From the NCBI GenBank assembly GCA_016649875.1, contig JAENWW010000005.1, forward strand, positions 12,401-76,400: 64,000 nt of DNA. Reading direction: 5' to 3'. Shown here piece after piece: positions 40,999-50,608 of this stretch (within the stretch, counting starts at the first letter, position 1; the number at the start of each line of letters is the position of its first letter). A program made the translations under genes and the position numbers. The stretch is from Coriobacteriia bacterium (lineage in GTDB: Bacteria; Actinomycetota; Coriobacteriia; WRKU01; JAENWW01). Under the pieces are notes generated by a model. It ran no database searches and had not been told where the DNA came from. It saw nothing but the letters and a program-made list of their open reading frames with translations.

Positions 40999-41614
40999 TG
41001 AGGCGCTTTTGGTAGTCGATGTCCAAAATGATTTTCTAGCCGGAGGCGCGCTCGCCGTTCCGCGAGGGGATGAGGTGCTCCCGGTGATCAACGGTCTCAT
41101 GGATGAATTCGATTCGGTCATCGCCACCATCGATTACCACCCGAAAGGGCATGTCTCATTCGCTTCTTCGCATGAAGGACGTGCTCTCGGGGATGTCGTC
41201 GAAGTCGACGGTGTCGCCCAAATGTTGTGGCCCGATCATTGCGTGCAGAATTCGGTCGGCGCCGAGTTGGCCGAGGAATTGCGCAACGGCCCCCTCACGA
41301 AATTCGTATGCAAAGGGATGGACCCACTCGTCGATTCGTATTCCGCATTTTTCGATAACAACGGGCAAAACGACACCGGACTGGCTGAATATTTGCGTGA
41401 CTGCGGCATTTCGAAGATTTTCGTGTGTGGTTTGGCTCTCGATTATTGTGTGAAGTTCAGCGTGCTCGACGCTCTGCACCTCGGTTTCGATGTTACGCTG
41501 ATAGAGGATGCAACCCGTGCGGTGAATGCGGAGGAGGGCGATGGCAAACGTGCCATCGCACAGATGCGTGCCGCGGGAGCAAAAACGATAAAGAGCAGTG
41601 AGGTAAAAAGATGA
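40991..41614 (+). CDS. pncA: Nicotinamidase/pyrazinamidase
   Basis: VDVQNDF, WPDHCVQ, DSYSAF and GLALDYCV motifs. Confidence 0.93.
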   Translation: MSDEALLVVDVQNDFLAGGALAVPRGDEVLPVINGLMDEFDSVIATIDYHPKGHVSFASSHEGRALGDVVEVDGVAQMLWPDHCVQNSVGAELAEELRNGPLTKFVCKGMDPLVDSYSAFFDNNGQNDTGLAEYLRDCGISKIFVCGLALDYCVKFSVLDALHLGFDVTLIEDATRAVNAEEGDGKRAIAQMRAAGAKTIKSSEVKR

Positions 41615-42192
41615 AAATACTGGCGATCAACGGTTCGGCTCGGAAAAAGGGCAACACCCACGATATGCTTGTCGCCGCTCTCGCTCCGCTGGAGGCGGTC
41701 GGGCACGAGTGTGAGATGGTGTCACTTGCAGCCGAGGATGTGCGCGGTTGTACGGCCTGCGGCAAATGCAAGGAGAAGAGGGACCGTGCCTGCCACGGGC
41801 GCAAGGATTTCATCGCTGAAATCATGGGGAAAGTCTGGGAGGCGGATGTTTTGTTTCTCGGATCGCCGACCTATTTCGGCGATGTGTCCACTGAGATGAA
41901 AGCATTCATCGATCGCATCGGATATGTCGCGATGGCGAACGGAGGGCTTCTCCGCCGCAAAGTCGGAGCGGCCGTGGTCACCGCACGACGCGGCGGTGCG
42001 ATTCACACGTTCGACACCATCAATCATCTTTTTACTATCAGCGAGATGGTCACCGTCGGTTCCTCCTATTGGAACGTCGGTCTCGGTGCACCGATCGGCG
42101 CTGTGAAAGAAAACGACGAGGAGGGCATGGAAACCATGCGCAAGCTCGGAGAGAATACGGCATGGCTCCTTGAGAAGTTAGGGCGTGTGTGA
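41611..42192 (+). CDS. Iron-sulfur flavoprotein (flavodoxin family)
   Basis: INGSARKKGNT, CTACGKC..C and GSPTYFG motifs. Confidence 0.88.
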   Translation: MKILAINGSARKKGNTHDMLVAALAPLEAVGHECEMVSLAAEDVRGCTACGKCKEKRDRACHGRKDFIAEIMGKVWEADVLFLGSPTYFGDVSTEMKAFIDRIGYVAMANGGLLRRKVGAAVVTARRGGAIHTFDTINHLFTISEMVTVGSSYWNVGLGAPIGAVKENDEEGMETMRKLGENTAWLLEKLGRV

Positions 42193-42196
42193 CGTT

Positions 42197-43069
42197 ATGG
42201 AAAGAATAGGATTCATCGGATGCGGTGTCATGGGAAATGCGATGGCAGGGCATCTGCTTGATGCAGGCTACGAGGTTGTCGTGTACAATCGCACGAAATC
42301 TCGCACGGATAATCTCATCGCCCGAGGGGCCACGTGGGCGAGTTCTCCCGCTTCCGCAAGTGCCGAGGCCGACGTGGTGATTTCCATGGTCGGTTATCCG
42401 AGTGATGTCGAGGAAATCTATACGGGAAAAGACGGGATTATCGAAAGTGCGCGAGAGGGTACACTCCTTATCGACATGACGACATCCTCTCCGTCGCTCG
42501 CCGAAAAATTGGCCGATAGGGCTGCGGCGCGCAATCTCGGTATGCTCGATGCGCCGGTTTCGGGCGGCGATACGGGTGCGAAGAATGCGACGTTGACCAT
42601 CATGGTCGGCGGAACGCAAGAAAACTTCGACCGTGCGCTTCCTCTTTTCAGAGTCATGGGAACGTCTTTCGCGCTTCACGGCGGTCCCGGCAGCGGGCAA
42701 CACTGCAAGATGGCGAACCAAATCAATATCGCCGCCACCATGCTCGGGATGGCCGAATCACTTGCCTACGCCAAGGCGGCCGGTCTTGATCCGATGCGTG
42801 TCATCGAGACGCTTTCCGGCGGGTCGTCGCAGACGTGGTCGCTTTCCAATTACGGACCGCGTGTGCTCAAAGGCGACTACGCGGCCGGATTTTACGTGAA
42901 GCATTTCATCAAAGATTTGAAAATCGCACTCGAACAAGCGAGCGAAATGGGAGTCGATCTGCCCGCGACTCGGCTTGCGAAAGAGCTCTACGTCAAACTC
43001 GCGGAAGACCACGACGGCAAGATTCTCGGCACGCAGGCGATAATGCTGATGTACTTAGGCGAAAACTAA
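42197..43069 (+). CDS. NAD(P)-dependent beta-hydroxyacid dehydrogenase (3-hydroxyisobutyrate/tartronate semialdehyde reductase family)
   Basis: GFIGCGVMG, LDAPVSGG and GQHCKMANQ motifs. Confidence 0.88.
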   Translation: MERIGFIGCGVMGNAMAGHLLDAGYEVVVYNRTKSRTDNLIARGATWASSPASASAEADVVISMVGYPSDVEEIYTGKDGIIESAREGTLLIDMTTSSPSLAEKLADRAAARNLGMLDAPVSGGDTGAKNATLTIMVGGTQENFDRALPLFRVMGTSFALHGGPGSGQHCKMANQINIAATMLGMAESLAYAKAAGLDPMRVIETLSGGSSQTWSLSNYGPRVLKGDYAAGFYVKHFIKDLKIALEQASEMGVDLPATRLAKELYVKLAEDHDGKILGTQAIMLMYLGEN

Positions 43070-45327
43070 TGCCCGCACCTTTTACCAGTTATCCGTTCTT
43101 CGTCACGTGTGCGACCGGCCTCGAGCCGTTGCTCGCCGACGAAATGCGCGCCATGCGGACTCACAGTGTACGTCCGCAACACGGCGGTGTCCTTTTCACC
43201 GGAACCATCAAAGACGCCTATCGCATCTGTCTGTGGTCGCGGCTTGCCTCGCGCGTGCTGCTTTCTTTGGGCGAGGTGGATGCGACTTCCGCCGAAACGC
43301 TTTACGCGGGAGTTAAAGCGATGCCGTGGGAGGAGCACATGCGCGCCACCGGTACGCTCGTGGTGCAATCGACCGGTGTCAACGAAAGTTTGCGCAATAC
43401 ACAGTTCACCAATGTGAAAGTGAAAGACGCCGTCGCCGATAGATTCCGCGAAATGTTCAACGTGCGTCCCAACGTCGATCCGCTCACTCCTGAACTGACC
43501 ATCAACGTGCTCATCATGCAGAACCGCGCCAAGATTTCAATCGACTTGGCGGGCGAGCCGCTGCACAAAAGAGGCTATCGTCAAGACGGAGTCCAGGTCG
43601 TCGCCCCCATGAAGGAAACGCTTGCCGCCGCGATGCTTCTCACTGCCGGCTGGCCTGAAATCGCCGCAGAAGGCGGTCCTCTCGTCGACTTCATGTGCGG
43701 CTCGGGAACGCTTCTCGTCGAAGGAGCGATGATTGCCGGCGATATCGCACCGGGGCTGTTGCGCCGCCGCTGGGGTTTTTCCAAATGGCTGAAACATGAC
43801 GAGGAGGCGTGGGATGTCCTGCTCGATGAGGCGAACAATCGTCGCGCACAAGGTGCGGACAAAATTCCGCCGATTGTAGGAAGCGATTACGATGCACGTT
43901 CGATCGAGATCGCACGGCGCGTCATTCGCCGCGCACGACTCGACACGAAAATTTCTCTCGCCCGCATGGACTTGCGCGCGGCTCAACCACCGCTCGGATT
44001 CGCCCATCCCGGTCTCGTGACGCTCAACCCGCCGTACGGAGAGCGTTTGGCCTCCACCGATGAAGTGGTCGAAATCTATCTCAATATCGCAGAAATCGCC
44101 CGTCTTCGTTTCGACGGGTGGACTTTGGCGATCATCTCACCGGACAGTCGACTTTCCGCAACGCTTGCGTTAAACCCCACGCGCGTCAAAGAATTCTACA
44201 ACGGAAGGATTTTGTCTCCGGTGAGCGTGTACCGCATCGGTGAGGCGCAAGAGGTCGCAGCCCCGGAGTCGCACGGGTTCCAGGAGGATCTCAAGCATCC
44301 GCTCGCATTCGGAGGCAAGGGCGAAAAGACCATCGCGCCGAAATTCGATATAGATCCCGAACCTTTCAAAAACCGCCTCGAAAAAATGAAGAAGCATTAT
44401 GAGAAGTGGGCGCGCAAAGCCGGCATTTCGTGCTATCGCATATACGATGCCGACCTGCCCGATTTCAACTGTGCCATCGACATCTATCGCGGTGTTGGTA
44501 TCAGTGAAGGGCGCGCGTGGGTCCATGTGGCCGAGTATGCCCCACCGGCAGACGTCGATCCGCGCCTTGCGGCGGCTCGCATGGAAATAGTTCGAGAGGT
44601 CTGCTCCGAGGTGTTCGATGCCGCGCAAGGCGATCTCATTGTAAAGCAGCGCAAGCGCCAAAGGGGTTCGAGTCAGTACGAGCGTACCGAGCAAGGTCAA
44701 ATCGTCGGGTTCGTCGAGGAAGGCGGGCTGACCTTCGAAGTGAATTTGACCGAGTATCTCGATACGGGAATTTTCCTCGATCACAGAGATGTCCGGGCGA
44801 TGATTCGCGCCTCGGTGAAGGGCAAGACATTTCTCAACTTGTTCGCCTATACGGGCGTGGTCTCGGTGTTCGCCGCGGCCGGCGGTGCACACAACACTAC
44901 GACGGTCGACATGTCGAAAACCTATCTCGATGCCGCGCGACGCAACATGCAGCGCAATAATCTACTGACGGACAACGAAGCGTTCGAACAGGCGGATGTG
45001 ACGACGTGGGTCGATGAGGCGATCGATACCGGGCGAACGTTCGATATGATTTTTTGCGACCCCCCGACTTTTTCCAACTCGAAGCGTATGGATGACACAT
45101 GGGATGTGGTACGCGATCATGCGGATCTTCTCATCAAACTCGGGAAAATCTTATCGACTGGCGGAGAGATTATCTTCTCTTGCAACAAGCACGGATTCAA
45201 AATCGATGTCGACAGCCTGAAAGCCGCGAATCTCGAAGTCGAAGATATCACCAAACGCACCATGCCGCGGGACTTCGAGCGAAACACGCATATTCATAAG
45301 TGCTACAAAATCACGCACGAATCATAA
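43069..45327 (+). CDS. rlmKL: Bifunctional 23S rRNA methyltransferase RlmKL
   Basis: THUMP domain, LHKRGYR, CGSGT, NPPYGER, YRIYDADLP, YLDTGIFLDHR, LNLFAYTG and DPPTFSNSK motifs. Confidence 0.92.
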   Translation: MPAPFTSYPFFVTCATGLEPLLADEMRAMRTHSVRPQHGGVLFTGTIKDAYRICLWSRLASRVLLSLGEVDATSAETLYAGVKAMPWEEHMRATGTLVVQSTGVNESLRNTQFTNVKVKDAVADRFREMFNVRPNVDPLTPELTINVLIMQNRAKISIDLAGEPLHKRGYRQDGVQVVAPMKETLAAAMLLTAGWPEIAAEGGPLVDFMCGSGTLLVEGAMIAGDIAPGLLRRRWGFSKWLKHDEEAWDVLLDEANNRRAQGADKIPPIVGSDYDARSIEIARRVIRRARLDTKISLARMDLRAAQPPLGFAHPGLVTLNPPYGERLASTDEVVEIYLNIAEIARLRFDGWTLAIISPDSRLSATLALNPTRVKEFYNGRILSPVSVYRIGEAQEVAAPESHGFQEDLKHPLAFGGKGEKTIAPKFDIDPEPFKNRLEKMKKHYEKWARKAGISCYRIYDADLPDFNCAIDIYRGVGISEGRAWVHVAEYAPPADVDPRLAAARMEIVREVCSEVFDAAQGDLIVKQRKRQRGSSQYERTEQGQIVGFVEEGGLTFEVNLTEYLDTGIFLDHRDVRAMIRASVKGKTFLNLFAYTGVVSVFAAAGGAHNTTTVDMSKTYLDAARRNMQRNNLLTDNEAFEQADVTTWVDEAIDTGRTFDMIFCDPPTFSNSKRMDDTWDVVRDHADLLIKLGKILSTGGEIIFSCNKHGFKIDVDSLKAANLEVEDITKRTMPRDFERNTHIHKCYKITHES

Positions 45328-45343
45328 GAAAGGAACGCCTCCT

Positions 45344-46690
45344 GTGTCCGATCTCAAACAATCAATCGCCGAGTATATGGGCACGACTCTGTCAGATCTC
45401 GCGACATTGGTCGCGTACCCTTCATTGGCGTTCGAAGGATACGATCATGAGCCCACTATTGCCTGCGGTAACGCGGTCTCGGAAATGTTTCGTGCGGCAG
45501 GGTTCGATGGCGCCGAACTCATCTCGGTGGGTCCCGGCTTCAAGGCTGTTTGGGCAGAGCATCACGTTTCCTGCGATGTTGCGACCGTACTCCTGTACGC
45601 TCACTACGATATTCAGCCCGCTCCGAAAGACGAGCAGCAGTGGAAGACCGATCCTTGGACGTTGACACGCGGTGACGACGGACGCTATCACGGTCGCGGC
45701 GCCGCAGATGACAAGTCCGGAATCGTGCAGCATCTCGGCGCACTTCATGTGCTGGGCGGGCCTGATGCGATAACGAATGTGAACTTGAAAGTTTGTATCG
45801 AGGGTGAAGAAGAGGCTCACGGTCATCTCGCCGATTATATCGCGCAAGACCCGAATCGCTTCGGAGCCGACGTGTATATCATCGCCGATACGGGCAACAT
45901 TTCGGTGGGCGAGCCGATTCTCACCACGAGCCTGCGCGGCGATGTGAACGTCGATGTCACCGTCGAGACGGTTTCTTCCGCCTTGCATTCGGGGATATTC
46001 GGAGGTCCGACACCCGACGCACTCGTAACGTTGATGAATGTTCTTCAGTCGTTTTATGACGAAAAAGGCAACACCGTCATCGAAGGCATAAAAACCGGTG
46101 AGGAGGACGGCGCCGAGTTCCCCGAAGAGTTGTTTCGCGAACAAGCGGAGTTGCTGCCCGGTGTCGAACTCGTCGGTACCGGTTCGATCGCGACGCGTCT
46201 CTGGAAACGCCCCAATGCCACGGTCATCGGCATGGACGTTCCGAGTTTGGCGAGCGCGGCCAACATCATCATTCCGAAAGCCACGGCACGAGTTGCCGTG
46301 CGCTACCCGGCAGGCAACGACCCCCGTGATGTTCTCGATGCCGTGAAGCGACATATATCCTCGCATACGCCTTTCGCCGCGAAAGTCACCTTTACCCGTG
46401 AACTCGCATCGCCGGCGTTCCAAACGTCGCTCGACACTTCCACAGGCGAACTTGCGCTTGAAGCGCTCGGTGAGGCATTCGAAAAGCCGGCCTCGACCAT
46501 CGGCTGCGGAGCATCGATTCCGTTGCTTTCGGAGTTGCAAAAGATTTCTCCCGAAGCGACTTTCTTGCTGTTCGGCCCCGAGGATCAAGCCGAGGCGAAA
46601 GTGCATTCCGGCAACGAAAGCGTCGATGCAGACGAGATCGCCCGATGCATCCACGCGGAGGCGCTCATTTTGCAACGTATTTCTCGATAA
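45344..46690 (+). CDS. M20-family metallopeptidase (dipeptidase)
   Basis: YAHYDIQP, GRGAADDK, EGEEE, LHSG.FGG and HSGNES motifs. Confidence 0.9.
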   Translation: MSDLKQSIAEYMGTTLSDLATLVAYPSLAFEGYDHEPTIACGNAVSEMFRAAGFDGAELISVGPGFKAVWAEHHVSCDVATVLLYAHYDIQPAPKDEQQWKTDPWTLTRGDDGRYHGRGAADDKSGIVQHLGALHVLGGPDAITNVNLKVCIEGEEEAHGHLADYIAQDPNRFGADVYIIADTGNISVGEPILTTSLRGDVNVDVTVETVSSALHSGIFGGPTPDALVTLMNVLQSFYDEKGNTVIEGIKTGEEDGAEFPEELFREQAELLPGVELVGTGSIATRLWKRPNATVIGMDVPSLASAANIIIPKATARVAVRYPAGNDPRDVLDAVKRHISSHTPFAAKVTFTRELASPAFQTSLDTSTGELALEALGEAFEKPASTIGCGASIPLLSELQKISPEATFLLFGPEDQAEAKVHSGNESVDADEIARCIHAEALILQRISR

Positions 46691-46721
46691 TCGAGCTTAC
46701 GAGAGCCACCATATGGCGCCC

Positions 46722-46756
46722 GCCCGCGAAGTTGTCTATGACTTCGCGGGCTTTTT
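46722..46756 (+). terminator. Intrinsic terminator
   Basis: GCCCGCGAAGT-loop-ACTTCGCGGGC followed by TTTTT. Confidence 0.85.
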
Positions 46757-46879
46757 GCGATAAAATAGTATTCTGCCGCGCTTATATAAAAAAGTTGCAT
46801 ATTAAATGGAGGAATTGCACCATTGCCTATTAATATGCCTTTTATACCTGTTTGAATTGAATAGTATCGAGGAGCAAAC

Positions 46880-48094
46880 ATGAATCAAATGTTCAAAGGT
46901 AATTTAGCCGACGAAGCCGCCGACCATATGGTCTGGGAACTTCCCATCGATTCAAAACTTGACACCGTTCACGTAAAAATCGATGACACCACGCTGCGCG
47001 ACGGTGAGCAAACAGCCGGCGTTGTTTTCACCAATGATGAGAAAGTAACCATCGCAAAGATGCTCGACGAGCTCGGTGTCGATCAAATCGAAGCGGGAAT
47101 TCCGGTCATGGGCGGCGATGAAGCCGAAACCATCGAGCGCATCGCCCATCTCGGACTCAACGCATCGATTCTCGGGTGGAACCGTGCGACTATCCCCGAT
47201 ATCAAAACTTCCATCGATTGCGGAGTGGATGCCGTTGCGATTTCTTTGGCGACTTCCGATATCCACATTAAGACAAAACTCAAGAAAGACCGCAAATGGG
47301 TCATCGATTCCATGCGCGAGTCGGTGCAATATGCGAAATCGGAAGGCGTGTATGTTTCGGTCAACGCTGAAGATGCTTCGCGCACGGAACTCGGGTTCCT
47401 CCTCGAATACGCCTTGGCTGCCAAAGAAGAAGGTGCGGATCGTATTCGATTCTGCGACACGGTCGGTGTCATGGAGCCTTTCCGTTGCTACTCGATAGTC
47501 AGGCACCTCATTGAGGAGACCGGTCTCGAAGTCGAAATGCACACACACAACGACTTCGGTATGGCTGTGGCAAACGCCATCGCAGGCGTGCATGCCGGCG
47601 CCGGATGGGTCAATGTCACCATCGGTGGGCTCGGCGAGCGTGCCGGCAATGCTGCGCTCGAAGTTGTCGTCATGGCGCTCAAATATCTCGAGCAAATGGA
47701 TCTCGAATTCGACACGAAGCGCTTCCATGAGGTTGCCGATTACGTCATGCGCGCGGCAGGTCGCACGGTTTCGGCGTGGAGCCCCATCGTCGGTTCGAAC
47801 ATGTTCGCGCATGAGTCCGGTATTCATGCGGACGGCGTCATCAAGAACCCGAAAACATATGAAGTATTCAGTCCTGAAGAAGTCGGCCTCGAGCGCCAAA
47901 TCGTGGTGGGAAAGCATTCGGGCTCCAAGACAATCGAGATGAAGCTCGGCGAGTTCGGTATAGCCATCGAGCACCAAGATGCAGCCGCTCTTCTTCCGGC
48001 GGTTCGCGCGAAATCGGTTCTTTTGAATCGCTCGCTTTTCGATAAGGAACTCGTGGTCCTCTATCAAAATTACATGAATAAAAAGGAGGCCTAG
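46880..48094 (+). CDS. Homocitrate synthase / Re-citrate synthase-like DRE-TIM acyltransferase
   Basis: DTTLRDGEQ, HTHNDFGMA, GLGERAGN, HESGIH and GKHSG motifs. It lacks the LeuA C-terminal regulatory domain (NifV-like length). Confidence 0.8.
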   Translation: MNQMFKGNLADEAADHMVWELPIDSKLDTVHVKIDDTTLRDGEQTAGVVFTNDEKVTIAKMLDELGVDQIEAGIPVMGGDEAETIERIAHLGLNASILGWNRATIPDIKTSIDCGVDAVAISLATSDIHIKTKLKKDRKWVIDSMRESVQYAKSEGVYVSVNAEDASRTELGFLLEYALAAKEEGADRIRFCDTVGVMEPFRCYSIVRHLIEETGLEVEMHTHNDFGMAVANAIAGVHAGAGWVNVTIGGLGERAGNAALEVVVMALKYLEQMDLEFDTKRFHEVADYVMRAAGRTVSAWSPIVGSNMFAHESGIHADGVIKNPKTYEVFSPEEVGLERQIVVGKHSGSKTIEMKLGEFGIAIEHQDAAALLPAVRAKSVLLNRSLFDKELVVLYQNYMNKKEA

Positions 48095-48100
48095 AGCCGC

Positions 48101-49360
48101 ATGCCGGGAAAGACTATCGCAGAAAAGATATTTTCACTTCACTCGGGCACCGACGCACATGCCGGTGACATCGTCGTCGCCGATGTGGACTTCGTCATGG
48201 GACAGGATGGAACTTCGCCTCTCGCCATCAATGCGCTCGAAGACATGGGCGTGAAGGAAGTGTTCGACCCGTCGAAAGTCGCACTCGTCATCGATCACTC
48301 GAGCCCGAGTCCTGTTGAGGGCGTAAGCGCCCTCCATACCATCATGCGCAACTTCGGAAAAACGACCGGTTGCACGGTTTACGACGTCGGGTGTGGTGTC
48401 TGTCACCAGCTTATACCCGAGCGCGGACACGTGGTATCGGGTGATTTGATGGTCGGCTGTGATTCGCACACGTGTACCTACGGTGCCATCAACGTCTTTT
48501 CGACGGGTGTCGGCTCGACTGACGGCGCTGCGGCCATGGCGTCGGGCAAACTGTGGTTTAACGTGCCCCCTACGATTAAAGTCGTTTTCAACGGAACACT
48601 GCCGCAAGGTGTCTTTTCCAAGGACCTCATTTTGTATCTTGTCGGCATGATGGGTGCCGACGGTGCAACGTATAAAGCTCTCGAATTCAGCGGTCCGGTC
48701 ATCGACGCACTTTCGGTGGAAGCACGCATGACCATTTCGAACATGGCCATCGAGGTCGGTGCGAAGGCCGGTCTGATGGAGGCCGACGATAAGACGATTG
48801 CATGGTGCAAAGCGCATTCGGACAAGGAACTGCATCCGCAATCCGCCGATGCTGATGCCGTGTATGAGCAAATCATTGAAATCAATACCGATACAATCGT
48901 TCCTCAAATTGCCAAACCGCATTCGGTCGACAATGTTTCTCCCATCGATGAGGTCGAAGGCACGCCGATTGCACAAGGGTTTCTCGGCACCTGTACGAAC
49001 GGGCGTCTCGAGGACTTCGCAGTCGCCGCAAAAATTTTGGAAGGCAAGCATATCGCCGACGGCGTGCGCTTCATCGTCGCTCCGGCCTCGAAAGACATTT
49101 ATCTGCAGGCGATGGAGGCCGGCTATATTCAAACGTTCGTGCATGCGGGCGCCTGTGTGGTTACTCCGGGGTGCGGACCGTGCGTCGGCACTCATGACGG
49201 GGTCCCCTCAAACGGTGAGAATGTCATTTCCACCGCAAATCGTAACTTCAAGGGTCGTATGGGCAACAGTGAGGCGTTCATCTACTTGGGCAGCCCTGCG
49301 ACGGTCGCCGCATCGGTCATCGAGGGTAAAATCACCGATCCTCGTAAGTATTTCAGATAG
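48101..49360 (+). CDS. LeuC/HacA-type hydro-lyase large subunit
   Basis: IDH, DSHTCTYGA, GTCTNGR, GCGPCVG and NRNFKGRMG motifs. Confidence 0.88.
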   Translation: MPGKTIAEKIFSLHSGTDAHAGDIVVADVDFVMGQDGTSPLAINALEDMGVKEVFDPSKVALVIDHSSPSPVEGVSALHTIMRNFGKTTGCTVYDVGCGVCHQLIPERGHVVSGDLMVGCDSHTCTYGAINVFSTGVGSTDGAAAMASGKLWFNVPPTIKVVFNGTLPQGVFSKDLILYLVGMMGADGATYKALEFSGPVIDALSVEARMTISNMAIEVGAKAGLMEADDKTIAWCKAHSDKELHPQSADADAVYEQIIEINTDTIVPQIAKPHSVDNVSPIDEVEGTPIAQGFLGTCTNGRLEDFAVAAKILEGKHIADGVRFIVAPASKDIYLQAMEAGYIQTFVHAGACVVTPGCGPCVGTHDGVPSNGENVISTANRNFKGRMGNSEAFIYLGSPATVAASVIEGKITDPRKYFR

Positions 49361-49375
49361 GAGCTTGTCAGTCAC

Positions 49376-49876
49376 ATGGGAATCACGGCAAAAGCGTTCA
49401 AATACGGCGATGACATCAACACCGACTATATCATCAGCGGTAAATATAAGTTCAAATCAAACGACATGAAAGCCATGGCCGTCCACGCCATGGAAGAACT
49501 CGACCCGCACTATTTTGAAAAAGTGAGCGAGAACGGGGGATTTCTCGTCGCGGGGAAGAATTTCGGTATGGGGTCGAGTCGCGAACAGGCGCCTCTCGTT
49601 CTGATCAACTCGGACACCAAAGCCGTTATCGCGAAATCGTTTGCGCGTATTTTTTATCGCAACGCAATCAATACGGGACTACCGGTCGTCATTTGCGATA
49701 CCGATTCGATCGACGGTGCCGATATGCTCGATTTGGATCTTGCCGCCGGAGTAATCCATAACGTGACACAAGGGACCGACATCACATTTTCGCCTCTTCC
49801 CGGTGTTATGGCACAGCTGTTGGCAGACGGAGGTCTCGCCGCTCATTTTCGCAAGCATGGTGGATTCAACCTCTAG
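49376..49876 (+). CDS. LeuD/HacB-type hydro-lyase small subunit
   Basis: GDDINTDYII, NFGMGSSREQA and SFARIFYRNAIN motifs. Confidence 0.88.
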   Translation: MGITAKAFKYGDDINTDYIISGKYKFKSNDMKAMAVHAMEELDPHYFEKVSENGGFLVAGKNFGMGSSREQAPLVLINSDTKAVIAKSFARIFYRNAINTGLPVVICDTDSIDGADMLDLDLAAGVIHNVTQGTDITFSPLPGVMAQLLADGGLAAHFRKHGGFNL

Positions 49877-49955
49877 GCGATACGTGTCGACGAGGTTTTG
49901 ACCTGAACTATTTCAGGTGTTGCGCCTTCGAGCAACCCAGTTAGGGTGAAATGTT

Positions 49956-50582
49956 ATGAAGTATAGTTTTACTCCGGAGACCCCGGAAGACGAGTGCGCG
50001 GAAAATGCCCTGAGACGCATTAAGATTCGCAGAGAGTTGGTCGAGGCACTCGGTTGCGACTCGCGCGTTTTAAGGCAATATGCCACGACGGTGCTTTTGA
50101 CCGTTGCGGAAGCAAAGCCCGAACTCCTCGTCGAATTTCAAGATGAATTACTCGACGCATTGAACAGACCCGAGCCGATGACGCGCTATCAAATTCTGCG
50201 TATCATCAGCGCATTGATATCCCAAGATGCGCACATCGTTGAAAAAGGATATGAAGACATCGAGGCATGCCTCTACGATGAGGAATCTCCCAATGTCCGC
50301 GGGAGTGCATTCCGTTTGCTCGCACACTACGGCGCGACGACGCAAAAGCGCTCGGAACGTGTATGGCCGAGTCTTTCCGATGCATTGCGTTGTTGGCATC
50401 GCGACACGGTCTTCATGGAAATGCTGGCCGATCTCATCACGCTCCTGGAGGGGAAGTGTTCCGATAGGGTTCGCGACGAAGCGGCGACGCTCTTTGAATT
50501 CGATATCGAGAGCACCGATAATCTACTTCGTCGCAAGGCGCGCTATATCGTCTCGCTTCGCCCTGAGGCAGATAAAAAATAA
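49956..50582 (+). CDS. Hypothetical helical (HEAT-repeat-like) protein
   Basis: Repeated amphipathic helix pairs (LLDALNRPEPMTRYQILRII, CLYDEESPNVRGSAFRLL). Confidence 0.6.
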   Translation: MKYSFTPETPEDECAENALRRIKIRRELVEALGCDSRVLRQYATTVLLTVAEAKPELLVEFQDELLDALNRPEPMTRYQILRIISALISQDAHIVEKGYEDIEACLYDEESPNVRGSAFRLLAHYGATTQKRSERVWPSLSDALRCWHRDTVFMEMLADLITLLEGKCSDRVRDEAATLFEFDIESTDNLLRRKARYIVSLRPEADKK

Positions 50583-50608
50583 TTATGCAACTTTTGGAGG
50601 CATTTTTT

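Noticed and set aside
46880..48094. nifV as evidence for nitrogen fixation
   Set aside because: No nif structural genes are present, and the context is a chain-elongation trio.
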